64,000 nucleotides of DNA from positions 1,047,842-1,111,841 of the forward strand of contig RHPI01002533.1 in NCBI GenBank assembly GCA_009103225.1. Direction: 5' to 3'. The translations under genes and the position numbers were made by a program. The notes under the pieces were generated by a model. It made no database searches, was not told the DNA's origin, and worked only from the letters and a program-made list of their open reading frames with translations. This document shows positions 15,016 through 28,500 of the stretch, piece after piece (position 1 is the stretch's first letter; each line of letters starts with the position of its first letter). The DNA is from Chlorokybus atmophyticus. Its lineage: Eukaryota; Plantae; Mesostigma and Chlorokybus algae.

Positions 15016-17506
15016 NGGGGGGGTAACACAAATGTGCCATGCATCTCACGCACAATGGTCCTGCACAAGGTTGCAGGCCTACCTGCGTGTCTGGTTCGGA
15101 GAAGGCGCACACTCGGAATTTGTGGTCTGCAATGTCAGTAACATGGTCAGCTTCAATTCAGCAAGTTAGAGCACAGAGACAATACCACCCCCACAGCCTT
15201 AATTTTGCGGTAATTGGAAATGTAATCTGTTGCCAGACGCCAATACTCCCTACTTGCAGGTGCAAAGTGCACGTGCCTGCATGCTGACGCTTCTGGGAGT
15301 GCGTAAGCGGCCGCTGGGCAACCTTAGTGTGTGTGACAGCACGCATGCCGGGGACCACCGAGTCAGCCTTGCTGCAGACCTTCATGCACGACGCCACGGC
15401 CACCGTCATAGAGGAGGCCGGTGAGGAGCAGCAGGCACTCGCCGCAGGGGCAGCCGCCTGGCACAGCGCCATGCTGCTGCTGCTGCTGATGATGATGATG
15501 ATTAAGCTGCTGCTGGTTCAGCTGCGCTTCACCACCACCCACGCAGCTTCCACGCCTCAACAGCAGCAGCCAATTACTCACGACACAACTTGTCCGCGAA
15601 GCCTGATATGCAAGAACGAGCCTTCCTCGCCGCCCACAACACGAACACCGCCAGCAACACTTGCGCCACGCACAAAAATATCAAAGATAGCATGCAAGCT
15701 GTTTTCCCACGCGCACACGTCGACACAGCACCTTAATGGCGCTAAGCCTTCAGAGATTGTAGTTAACCTGGTTAGAGATGTTGCTCGTTGCTGCACGCGC
15801 GTGGTTGACTTCGCCATCGCAATTGACTCCGACAAAGCTTCATGCGGGCATAACGCCCGGTTTGCTTTTAATCACAGGTCAAATGTTAGGCTAATCGGAC
15901 CTGTAAGTTAGCTAACTTTTGTCAGTTGATGTATAACCAAGAAATCTGTTAAGCAGCGGAGTTAAGCACCCGAAGCGTGCGCGCATCGCCGCGTGCGTGG
16001 CGGGCTCGATCGTGTGGTGCGCAGGGGGTCTGGTGCGCAGGGAAGCGAAGTGCGTTGACACAAGGAAGGCACAGCTAGTGCGTCGCTGTCATGATGGCTC
16101 TCACGGTTCACTATACTGGTGATTAGATGTTACATGACATGTTTACATTATGTCATTTGGTAGTTACAAGCATGTCAATGCAAATTTCAGATATGTGTAT
16201 ATATGCTGAAATCATTTGCGATAATGCATTATTTGTCATCATGTTTGCACTTTCATGGTATTCACTATTGCATTGATATTTGTAAAATTTGTAAATTGAT
16301 GAATGCATGGTGTTGGCAAATGCATTTTGCTATTGCATGCATGCAGCATTGACAGCATTGCAATGTACATTTGTCGAGTGACATGTAGTACACGATGTAA
16401 TTTGCAACTCTGTGTTGAAAGTTTATGACGGGGGCCCTTCTTCTTACCTGCTTCTGGTTCATCCGGCGGCAAAGGGTCCATTAACTCATATATACACTTT
16501 TTAGCGACTTCGCTCACACGCCGAATGACTCCACTCGACGACTTTTGCATTTTGAAGATGAAGGCGACGTCGTCAAAATCCGAATTAGGGGTTTACGATA
16601 TTGCAATTCTTTTCGGGGCCTACCTCGGTCCAACCCCCAATCCCGATAGTTCACGTGACGACTTTATTAAGAACTAATCTTGCCGCGGTGAACTGTTCAT
16701 GCCGGCTAAGGATCGCGCCGCAAGGCACCTCGTAGGGTGACTTGCTATACTTTGGACATTTGAATAAGGATAGCATGGGGCTAGCGGGGTATGTGTCCGC
16801 TTGCCAACAATCAGTGATAGCTGGTTGGATATATCCTGAAGAGAGGGTTGAGATGGGCTTTCAACCCAATCAATCGGATAACTATAGCAGTGACAGCAGC
16901 GCGTCAAGTGGGAGGATGTGCGGAATGGCTGCGGAAAATGGCTTTGCTTAACTTTGGACAGCCTAGAATGCATGTGTACAGGCATTCTTAACCGTCCGAA
17001 CCGGTAGCCGTCTGTGGCGGTGATGTGGCGGTTGTCAGCGATTAGGCTGTGTGAGCAAGCTGGGCTGACATGTGGCAGCCCGTAACGCACTGTCAATTTC
17101 AATCGCCTATGGTTGGGAGGTTGCGGGCGGCAATTTTGTTTCCTGGTGTTGAGCGCTGCAAGCTTGCGGCGCTAATGCGGTAGTGGAGGCAGCAGGAGGT
17201 CGGGAGTAGGCGGCGCAACAGCCTCGATAAGCTTCTCATGGGCGTGTGCGTGCGCATGCTGTGCTTGTGCATGCACCGCCGATCGGCTTGTTCGCTAGCA
17301 TGCATGCATGTGTCTGCTTGTGAGCGTTGCAGTGTGCGTCCCTTTACCGTGACAGCTTGCGTGTATTTGAACTTGTGTAATTGTGTGAGGTTGGCCTTTT
17401 CATGCATGTTAGGCTACATACAGCGCAGCAACTCACCCATGTGCATGCCATTGCACAGGCAATGGTTGACGACATCAGCAATGGCGTCCAGTACCCCCCT
17501 GCGCGC

Positions 17507-18006
17507 TGTAACAAGTGGGCTCCGACCACTAGGCTATTGTAACAAAAGACGCTACCATGAGTGAGGTCTGTCACAATTTATCCCCCCAATTCGTAACATT
17601 CCTCCCCCTTTTAACTCACGGGTTCCTCATTATCCAATGAAGCACTTACTAGCCCATGTCGCCGTGATCACGGCTGTATTACGACCGGTTTGCCCGTGGC
17701 CTGTTGAATCTGGCTTACAAATGGTATAACCGACCGAACTGCAGCGGCCACCCTCACCGCGCGACCCGCCATCGCGGCCATAGGTCCAACTAGCTCGGCG
17801 CGCAGGTTGCGAACTTGCGCCCAGCCTAGGGCAAGCCGCCCCTAGTGTTTTGTTGCCATTGGATCTGCCTCAGTCCCCTACGGGAATTAAACCTGAGAGG
17901 TCAAGCTCCATTGCCATTGTAACAAGTGGGCTCCGACCACTAGGCTGTGGTAGCAAAAGACGCTACTATGAGTGAGGTCTGTCACAATTTATCCCAAATC
18001 GTGACA
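17507..18006 (-). mobile_element. TRIM-like non-autonomous mini LTR element (TRIM-1, 500 bp)
   Basis: LTRs 17918-18006 (89 bp) and 17507-17598 (92 bp), about 90% identical, TG...CA ends; PBS-like TGGCAATGGAGC (17905-17916); PPT AAAAGGGGGAGGAA (17599-17612); TSD CGCGC at 17502-17506 and 18007-18011. Confidence 0.9.
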
Positions 18007-18962
18007 CGCGCAAGCGCAGGCAGAGCACCCCCGCAACCGCTGCCTGAGATGGACCACGACTTCACGGACGCCTTGTGGCAGCTTGAGCAAGTGGGTGAAA
18101 GGAACAAACGCTGGAGGGCAAGGTGTCATGCGGGGACCCTAGGTGAGCAAGTTTGCCTCAGCGAGTGGGCGGTGCGCACCCACGGCGTACAGAACTTCTC
18201 GGTTGAATCGCCGCCCTTATACCATTCGTGCTGTGGTGAGGGGTGGGTTGTCTGTAAATCTGATCCAGCATGAGGACAAGATCTGTGAGCGCAAAGAGCT
18301 GGTGCCCCGCCTTGCCTCCGACCCTACTCCACCTCCACTCCGCACTTGCTTGGACCTTAGCGTCCCTGGTGGCCCCGCGGTGCGCTTCACAGCAGAATTT
18401 GTCTTAGGCGTGCCCACAACTTGGCGCGTGGCCCATGCTGATGTGGTGGATACTTTCCTGCGTGGTGGGCCTGTGGTACATTTGTATGAGGGACCCTGGC
18501 CTTAGGAGCTGTGACATGGAGGCCTGTGAGTGTGGGTGTGCTGTGTACTTCTGTGTCAATTCGTGTGAGTGCTTGTTGAGTTGATGTCTGTGTGCTGTGT
18601 TTTTAAGACGGGGGGGGGGGGGGGGGGGGGGNNNNNNNNNNNNNNNNNNNNGGGGGGGGGGGTATGCATGTGTTTGCCACTTGTGAACTTGACCATGTGC
18701 ACGCACTTTCGGTGTGGCTTTGGCATTTCGTACACATGCTGCGGTTGCATAGCACACTGCATTGCACACATGCGCAGTCTGTGCACACTAACAGTGGCTG
18801 CTGAGCGTCAAGGCTTGCATCAATGCTATGTACAGTGTTTGCTCTGCTATGCTATGCTATATTGGAAGTCAACGTAGATCTGCTCTGGCTGCTGCCTTGA
18901 GGTTAAGCAGAGTGAGAGCGGGTCTTGCTCCAGCCACAGTTGCATCATGCTCAGCGCTGCAG

Positions 18963-21900
18963 TTAGCAGGACGTGCAGTTGATGATCGCGCATGTCTTGC
19001 CAACTGCAGCTCTGAGTTGGTGGGAGACATTGAAAAGATGCGGACTGCCACAGAACTCCTTCCAGGGCTCGCTATGGATGTGTTCGCTAGCGGGGGGGTG
19101 TGCATCAATCATCCTCTTGCTGAGTCTCTTAGTTAATGGAGATTGCACTAGGCCCAGCAGGTGTGTTGATGTGGGCACGGCTCTTGCCACATCCCTCACT
19201 TGATGCAACAGCTTCTTTGGCTTTGCAGCCACTTTGGAGTCATTCAACATCTGCTTCTGAGGTGCCTCCTTCTGCAATGCTGCCACCTCCTTGTTCTTCG
19301 CTGCCATCACCTTCTTGCGGGCAGTCTCCTTGTTGCGGGCAGTGATGGCCTCTTTCTTCCTGTTGGCCTCATCTTGGTTGGCTTGCAGCATGTTGATGTA
19401 CCCTTGGAATTTTAACACCAAGTAGCCTAGCAGCTAAGGAGCCTTCTTGGTCGGCCAAGCCCCTGGTCCTACTGGCTGCTGCTGCTGCTACGTGATGTGA
19501 TGTTAATGTTGATGTTGCCAGCAGTTGTGTTGGCGCCATTTTTGTTACCAATGTTAATGTGGCTGGGTGGTGGCACCACAATAGCCACTGGCACTTGGTT
19601 CCCCTTGTCGCAAATGCTTTCTTCGTCCTCAGTGGCGTTTGAGTCCTCACCTTTTGACTGATTAGGGACCCCCTCACCATTAAGGGCAGGTCCCCAACAC
19701 TCATGCTGCAGCTGAGCATGAGCGAGATCAGGTGTAATGTCCTCGCCCTGAGGCTTCTCTAGCCCAGGTACATGGTCGTCCATAGCGCGTCCACAGGCCA
19801 AACCCCTGGCAAGTACACTTGCATGTGTTGCATGTCATCATGCTGGCACACATTCCAATTTTGGCACGCAACATCAACACCGTCATGCACACATATCTAT
19901 GTTTGCACAGCCTGCTAAGCGCTAACATACAATGCCCCATGCATCCGTTAATAGCAACAGCATCCTCACTAACCTGTCTACCTGATGCCATTGATGATGT
20001 TGGTGGGGGTCATGGCTTTATGGAATGGCTCGCATGTAAGCTTTACAAACTGCATCTTGCTGATCGGTCTATTGGGCTCCTCAACTCTTCAAAGGAGGAA
20101 GTCCTGTCTATAGCACTCCTGGAGCGCCCAAAAACAGCTAACGTCCAACACATGTTGCAATATACCACACAACCAGCACAGTAAGCAAAGACATGTGCAC
20201 ACACAAGCAACTTGGCCTGCATGCACGCGTGCACAGTGTTTTTCACATCAGCACTGTGCAATCAAACACTAACAAACTACTTGCATGCATCAGGTGTGTC
20301 ATGTGGGGCGGGAATGTGAGCATGAGAACTCCAGAGTTCCTGCTCTTGCAGTTCAAGGTTTACACGGGAGGAGTGCCCGTCCAGCATTGATAGTACTGGC
20401 CTACCCAATGCAAACCCTCCAGGTACAAAACCTGGAGGGTTTGCATTGGCCCTTGACAATCTCCTTGAACCGGTCAGCAAATATGTCATTGATCATGTAC
20501 GCATTCTCTTGCATGCGCAAGAAGCTGCGAAGCGGGGCATGTTTCATGTAGTTCTTCGTGTAACGGCTCCCTTCAAGATGTACATTGGTGGCATCCACAT
20601 CCCTGCAGCACTGACACATGCCATTACACTCATATGCTCACGACTCCCGCATTGATCGTAATAAGGGTTTTAACCCCTTTTGCAGATAACCTTCACAATT
20701 CCTGAGGAGTGCGAGACTGTTAGCCATTTATTTACGCTTACACACTTAACAGTTGTGTTTTACACGGTGACTAACAAGGGACTGAGGGACTGACAGGTGC
20801 CTGACCCTGCCTGACCTTCAATAACGTAACGGATTGGTCCATAAATGGACTTCTTAAGACGGCTGTTACTATCAAGCAACATATACCGACGGCAAGCGGT
20901 CGACCGCTAAGTACAATCGACGGCGACCTGCCTGTGACGGCAACACTGCACTTTAATGAGACGGCGATTGTCGATCATCCCATTTGCGCGATGGCGACCT
21001 ATTTGTATAGCAAATAAGTCACGTTTTGGTCATATACAGTGACGGCCGACCGTCGGTCGTACCATGACCGTCGAAAAGTATGCACGACGGCCTGCCTACT
21101 TTGGCAAGCCAATCACCGTTAGTCCCTATCAGGTGACCTTATCGTGTTTATTAAGTGACGGCCGATCGCCGGTTGCGCATTTAACGTGGCGGCGACCTAC
21201 TTATTGTGTGTCAAGTATGATAAGCAAGTGACCGCCGGTCCCTGAAGGTCGGCAAGTCGGGACGGTGGTACCGGCCGGCAAGTCGAGACGCTGGTACAAT
21301 GCAGCCGTCGTACTATATCAATGGTACTTTGAAAGTACCATTATTATAATACGATAATGCCGTTGCGAGTCACGTTTCGACAACGCGTTTGAATAACTTG
21401 GGCTGCCCAAGTTATTCAAACGCTCAACGGCTTCAAGTTGAACAGAGCGTTGTGGGCGGCGGCGGCGGCGGCTAACAATAGGTGAGCTTGGTTGCTGTGT
21501 GACGTTGTACTACGCGAAACACCGCATGCCATCTAACCACCCTCCTTGCCTTAGGGCGGCCAGGTCAGGCCAGGCTAGGCCAGACCAGACCAGGCGGCGG
21601 CAGCGGCGGCGGAGAAGGAACGGCGGCGGCGGAGCGGGAGCGGGCGGTGCAGGAGCCGCAGCTCAGTACAAGGGTAGTACTAGCAGTAGTACCTAAGGTA
21701 GTAGTAGCAGTAGTGGTAGTGGTAGCAGTAGTGGTAGTCTAGTCGTACTAGCAGTAGTAGTAGTAGCTCAGTATATTACATTGTAATTTATTTGTATTTT
21801 TTGTTTTGTGTTATTTGTCACGCATTCTTGCACAGCTGATGATGACAATCACGTGTGACACCTAATCATGACTGAGCGGTACCAGCAGGTACCTTTGAAG

Positions 21901-22974
21901 GTACACAACATTAACGGTAGGTACCTTACGATACCTGACAGTTTTGCTCAGATAGCGTACAGTCGCCGGTACCCAACTGATAGGTACTAGTCAGTTACCT
22001 GTTAGTTAGTTCAAGTCCCCTTTGCTTAACTGTTGAGTACCTAACAGGTACCTATTAATTAGGGTCAGTCCCTTTATGCAGACGGCCGCCAACTAATGGT
22101 GACGGCCGTTATGCTCAGGTCCCTGTATCGAGATCGCTGGTAGACTGAAGGTCGACAGTCTAGATAAGTATCCTCAGGTGCACGGCCGTTGCCAACATTC
22201 AATCGGCCGGCAGGGGAAACATTTTGCGACGCATGCAAGCTCATCCAAATTATCTGGCTTAAAGCCGGTCTCGTCCGCATTGAAGATCGTTATTGAATCA
22301 TCAAAGCCCAGCTCCGCCAAGGTACGTGTGTACAAGTCATACAAAGCATTAAAGTTCTTTAAAGTGCAGGCCTGCCACCTTCTCTGGTTCAAGCTTTCTG
22401 CAACTCTGAGGCCAAGTTGTGCCGGCTTATGAACAAGCGGAGCCACTTGTAACCAGGTAGGCCACAACGTCTAAAGCACTGCATTCGTCCATCAGCGTCA
22501 TTGCGCAGCATCTTCACCACCTGCAAGGCATCCATACCGGTGCGTATGACCCCTCCCCATGCATTCAACAAATGCATTTATAATAACCCACATAGGACAA
22601 TGCACGCATCTACACACACAGCTGAACACATGCAAGCCACGAGGCTGCCACACATGTGCATTGCATGCATAGTGCATTGTCACAGTTCTCACCTTTTGGA
22701 ACACTGCACATCTGATCACAGCATAGCTGTAGTCTGCACACCAATTAATTCAGGTGACCAGTTCTTCTTCCTCCGCAGGAGTAATGATAGGTTGACGGCC
22801 AGTACTGCGAGGGAGCTGCAGCTTAGAAGGGGTTGCACAGTAGTCAGAGAGTGTAGACTTGGGCATTCCATGTCTTGCAGCAGCATGTCTCAAGGGGGTT
22901 CCAGCCTTCACCTCTTCCACAGCAGCTCTTAGCTTCAAAGGGATCCCCTGTCCAGCCCAGTTGATGTAGCGCAT
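18963..22974 (-). pseudogene. Decayed pogo/Fot1-like (Tc1/mariner superfamily, DDE_1) transposase, split by an insertion
   Basis: In order on the minus strand: psq-like HTH (KLRAAVEEVKAG...HGMPKSTL, GRQPIITPAEEEELV), FNADETGF (about 22261-22285), VMACVSAAG..PPMYILKG (about 20570-20627), RPVLSMLDGHSS (about 20370-20400), Lys/Glu-rich C-terminus. Many frameshifts and stops. Confidence 0.85.
20778..22074. mobile_element. Non-coding insertion (MITE-like?) inside the pogo transposase
   Basis: Separates the DETG and MACVSAAG motifs. Short inverted ends GGGACTGAC (20786-20794) / GTCAGTCCC (22064-22072); clustered GACGGC and GGTACC motifs. No TSD identified. Confidence 0.4.
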
Positions 22975-24842
22975 GCGAAGTTTTTGCTGTTGCCAGCAAC
23001 AAAACGGAGGGCAGCCTTGCTGCAACCTTTGTGGCGCTTGAAGAGGCCAGAAGCATGGGGAGTGCTGGCACTTCACTTGCTGCAGCCAGCAGGCGTGCTG
23101 TCCTGCTGCAAACCACCACACCCTCAGACAAGCACAACCACAACATAGAGATGGGGGCTATGATGAGCGGTAAAAACACAGCTGAAACGCTGCAACACAC
23201 GGCTGCTGTCGTGCCTTCCCTCATCGTGGCTCGAACTCGTCGTAAACCACCTTGTCATGCATGTCCGCATGCTATTGTACACCATGAGACCATGTCATGC
23301 TATCTCATGCACTGCCTCTCATCACATGGTAGACACACATAATGAAAAATGCGTGTCCCCTTGCAAAAGGTAGGCAAGATGACCACAACTTGACTTGCAA
23401 TCAGCCGTTCACTCGTCTAGAGCAGTCCAAACTCAATCCTCACTGAATGCACATGCTAAGGCAGCCCATACGGTGCATCGAAGTCGCAACAGTGTGACAC
23501 ACACCCCTTCATGCACAGCAACGAACACGTGCACACACACCATACATGCAAGCATGTGCACAAGCATCCGCTCAGCCAAGAACCTCTTCCCAAAGGTGTT
23601 GCTTGCACTCCAGTAGGCCAACTTGCATCCAACCAAACTAGGAAACAAGCTAGCAAAGCCTTGTATACCACCGTTGAGCCCAAGCCCAACCAACTCTCCA
23701 ACTACCCTAACTGTCAGTCTGCACCAGCATAGTAACAGTCATGATGGCGTTGATAAGTAACGGTAGACGGTTAGGAAAGGCTTATCCAAGCCTATCCTCT
23801 TCAAGTACACTTCAAGACGCATCTTTTGACGCCAACCCACGGCCAAAACGCCACTCCAACTGTAAGTTATGGCTTCTCAAAGTCACAACTCCAAAACAGC
23901 TGCGCGGGATACTATAATGACTCAAATATGCTGTCAGCTTGGTATCTGACTGTAGATACGCCTTGAACACACCTCCCTCACGTCCATGAGGACCCAAACA
24001 TGAGTTCCCAACAAAAACCCAACACATAAACCCTATAAAATGGCTACGAGAGCCGAAATCCCAAGGTCCATCCGTGCCGCCAGCCCCAAGGGCACCATGC
24101 ACATGACACTACATGCTCGCGCATGACACTGCTGAGACCCCCCGCACCCCTAACCCCCCACCACACAAACACATGTGGGTAGCACACTGCATTAGGCACA
24201 AATTGTATAGAGTTGCGGACAATAGAGGAGATGCTCACCTCGTTCACAGTGTCATCTTGCATGCCTTGGGATTCTTGTGTTGCGCGTGTCTCCACCATGC
24301 CACATAGCACTTTACCGCCGCCCCCCCCCCTTCTTGCGGGCAGTCTCCTTGTTGCGGGCAGTGATGGCCTCTTTCTTCCTGTTGGCCTCATCTTGGTTGG
24401 CTTGCAGCATGTTGATGTANCCTGCCATTCTTGCCTCCATACCAAACCGCAACATACTCACAACCGCTCTCCTGCACTGCCATTTGTACCCCTTATACCC
24501 CATTATGTACTTTGCCCGCCACAGATTTCAAACCACTTGGGTTTAATCAAACCATTTTGTGGGTGTTACATAGACTTTAAGGGTTTTTACATAGAATCTA
24601 TAAGCTTCTAGATTGGTTAACCACACGCTTATCCTTGTAGGTTCAAAGTCAAACCGATTATGCGGACTAACTGCTATCTACTTGGTTAGACAGCTGCATT
24701 GGCGCCATAACTTGAGCATTTGACTTGACAGTTTACCTTTACAGATAAGGTCGGACATGATAGTAGCCACTGCAAAAGCAACCGCGCCATCTGGGCGCCA
24801 AACACTCCAGCAGCTGCCTAACAAGCTTGTATAGGCCGCATA

Positions 24843-25368
24843 TGTAACAGCACCACCGTCGCCGGTGATGCCCCTTCAATCCTCTACCCCAATACCCACA
24901 CCGCCTATGACAAGCCTTTCAGCGGCGTGGCCGCCACTGAGCAGAGAACTGAAAGTCCCCACATCAGATTGATGTGACCTTTTATATCAAGAGTATATCA
25001 ACTATATAACTCTCGATAATTAACTCACAACTAGATATCGACCCTACAGATAGGGTAGATAGGAAATCTAGCGTGAGCCAATCACAGCTCAGATAAGGTA
25101 CCTATCGATAAGGTACCTATCCAAAGATACCTATCGTAAGGTACCTAACGAGATAGTGATCACATTATATCGAATGTGACACTAAATAGGCTTGAATAAG
25201 CGGTTCTACACCCATTGGGACTTATTTAAGCTATGATAAAGCATCATAGCCTTTAATAAGCGAGGAACCGTAGAAAAGAGGTATAAATAAGCATATTTAA
25301 ATACTTATTCATACAAAATGTGTTATTCAGGTAGCAATAATACCCCTATTATTATTGCTCCCGTTACA
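24843..25368 (-). repeat. 3' LTR of A2
   Basis: Reverse complement of the family A LTR, preceded on the minus strand by the PPT. Confidence 0.97.
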
Positions 25369-25515
25369 TTCCCCCCCACTTAGGTTTTCAACGTCCTCGT
25401 TGAACTCAAGTTGATCAGGCTTGATTTCGAGTAATTGTAACCAGTGAGATAGCAGGAAATGACAGGGTGGTAATGAAACTGCACTGCCAGTCTGTCATAA
25501 AACCAAGCCCACAGT

Positions 25516-28500
25516 TTATGGGACAGGACATGAATCCCAATAAGCTCGAAGCAACTCGCGGCAGTGCGTAAGATGCCTGTCGGGCTCCCAACTGTTATGT
25601 TCCGGGCCATACCCTTTCCATTTCACCAAATAGCGAGTTGCGCGTCCTCGACCATTTAGCTTATGGTTCAATATAGCTTCCACCTCGTATTCGAGCTCGC
25701 TGTCCACCTCAACTGGCGGTGGTGGAGGCTGTGTTCTACCGTCTGAGCGGTAAGGTTTCAACAAGTTTACATGAAACACGTTGTGTATACGCACACTTGG
25801 GGGCAATTGCAGTCGATAAGCGTGCGTACCAACTCTATCAGTGATAGAGAAAGGACCTAACCATCGGGGCAGCAACTTGCGAGCACCCGTACCTTTGATG
25901 GTTATGTTTTTTGCATTAAGCAAAACTTTATCGCTGACATCGAAAGTGGCCATTTTTCGATGTGTATCAGCATAAGCTTTTTGCCTGTCCTGTGCTTCTG
26001 ACAGACACAGCTTGGCTCGAGCCAAATTTTCTTGCATATTAGTGGCAAATTCCTTTGCCGCTGGCACAGTCAGGGCATTGCGAGGTACACGCAATGACGC
26101 TGGTGTGTTTGGGCGAATCCCATAATTTAAGAAAAATGGGGTTTCCTTTACACTTTCTTGCCACGCGTTGTTCACAGCGAACTCTGCCATTGGCAAGTAC
26201 CTGTCCCAATCAGCATGATTAGGAGCCACATAGTGGCGAAGCATTTCTTCCAGTATTTGATTTGCTCGCTCAGTTTGACCGTCCGTTTGCGGGTGGAAAG
26301 CAGTCGACATGCTTTGTTTTACCCCCAACAATTCACAGACTTCTCGCCAAAACTTGGAGACAAAACGAGGATCACGATCTGTGACAAGTTCACGCGGTAT
26401 ACCGTGAACGCGAAAGACCGTGGACACAAATAAGTGTGCCAAGTCCCGTGCACTTACAGTTGTGCAACACGGGGCAAAATGCACCATTTTAGTCAAACGG
26501 TCGACAAAAACCACAATAGCAGTGTATTTAGCTGCTGTTTCAGGTAGGTCAGTAATCAAATCCATACTGACACTATCCCACTTTTGTTCTGGAATTGCCA
26601 ATGGTTTAAGCAATCCCGCTTGTTTTTGTCGTAGTGGCTTATTACGTTGACACACGTCACATGTGCGAACATATTGATCCACGTCAGCTGACATTGACGG
26701 CCACCAGTATAACTGTTGCGCAGATTTGAGTGTTTTGTGTTTCCCCAAATGCCCAGCATACGGCGGGTCATGCACTGAATGTAAGCATTGCTTACGTAAG
26801 TCGCCCGAGTTGGGAATTGCCAACTGCTCCCCTTTATACCACAAATTGCTAACAGCAGTAAGCTGTTGCAAGTTGGTTTGACTGCTAAACCAAAGATCTG
26901 AGTTATAACCTGCGGACACTTCCTTTAAGAAAGGATCTTCAGGCTGTTGTACATTACGCGTACTTCGAGAGCGCGTAAGTGCCAAAAGAGCAGGGCTGCG
27001 ACTTAGTGGATCCGCCACATTGGTGCGACCCGGACGGTATTGCCAAGTGAAAGTGAAACGAGAAATGAATTCATTCCACCTAGCTTGCCGCCTCGACAGA
27101 TTTTGTTGCGTATGAAAGAATGTGAGCGGGTTGTGATCAGTAATCACTGAAAACTCCACCCCTTCCAAGTAGCAACGCCATGTGCGCAGCGCGTGCACCA
27201 CCCCGAGCAATTCCTGCTCAGTGGTTGTGTAATTACGTTCAGCAGGAATGAACTTTCTGCTTTCATATGCACATGGTCTGTCATCTTGTAGAAGGACTGC
27301 CCCACACCCAATGGTGGAAGCATCACTGATCACCACAAAAGGCTTGGTGTGGTCGGGGAAGGCTAACACAGGGGCTTGTGTTAATGCATCTTTAATGCGT
27401 GTAAAAGCAACCTCGTGTGCCTCCGTCCACACAAATTTAACATCTTTTCTTAGTAAAGATGTTAAAGGGTTTGCCATGCCAGAATATGCTCGCATGAACT
27501 TGCGGAAATAATTGGCTAGCCCCAAGAAAGCACGTAACTGATGTACATCCTTGGGTGGTGGCCAATCCTTTACCGCACACACCTTCTGAGGATCTGGTTT
27601 CAATCCTTCTTTGCCAATCACATGCCCTAAAAAGGGTAGTTCATCCTTTGCAAAGTTGCATTTGGACAGGTTGGCATAGAATTTGTGTTCACGTAATCTA
27701 GCTAGAACCAATTCCACATGTTTGTGGTGGTCCTCCCGGGTTTTGCTGAACACAATAATGTCGTCTAGATATACCAGTACAAACTTGTACAATTCATCAG
27801 CAAATACCGCATTCATTGCTGTCTGAAATGTAGCCGGTGCATTTGTTAACCCAAATGGTAACACTTTATACTCAAAGTGTCCTAGTGGGGTGCGAAATGC
27901 AGTTTTTTGTATATCCGACGGGTGGATTTTGATTTGATGATAACCACTGGTCAAATCCAGCGTGCTGAACACTGTTGCACCTGACAGCTTATCAAACAAA
28001 TCATCAATCCGAGGCAAAGGGTATCTGTTTTTCACAGTGACCTTGTTCAACGCACGGTAATCAATACACATGCGTAGCTTGCCATTCTTTTTGGGCACAA
28101 ACAAAATTGGTGCACCAAAAGGAGATATGCTCTTTGTTATTAAACCTTTGTCCAATAACTCTTTGAGCTGTTTTTCCATCTCCGCGTGTTCTAAGGGACT
28201 TAGCCTGTATATAGGCCGCCAAGGTGGCTTTGCCCCCTCTTCTAACGGAATGGTATGATGTATGTTTCGATCGGGAGGCAACTCTGGGAGTTCATCCTGA
28301 AATACATCTGCGTATTGTTCCGTAAGTGACTGCACCACAGGGTCACTGATAGCCTGTTCAGCGGGTGTTTCCACCTGTCGTAAGTGCAGTAAGTATACGT
28401 CCTCACGTTTACGCATGCAACGTTTCAATTGCATAGCAGAGAGGAGCGGAACATTATCGCGTGGTATACGTGCGGGTACAGATGCTGTTAAAGTCATCCT

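Noticed and set aside
16239-16600. Possible Harbinger/HTH_Tnp_4 fragment (SDFDDVAFIFKMQKSSSGVIRRVSEV) on the minus strand
   Set aside because: Short, stop-bounded and without a DDE region; too weak to call.
17507-18006. CRISPR-like direct repeats (also 50745-51276)
   Set aside because: Only two repeats of 79-92 bp each with TG..CA ends, PBS and PPT; no cas genes; eukaryotic context.
18020-18505. GC-rich ORF fragments after TRIM-1
   Set aside because: No recognisable motif or consistent splice structure.
24330-24419. Exact 90-bp copy of 19311-19400
   Set aside because: Bounded by a C run and a single n; most likely an assembly patch rather than a biological duplication.
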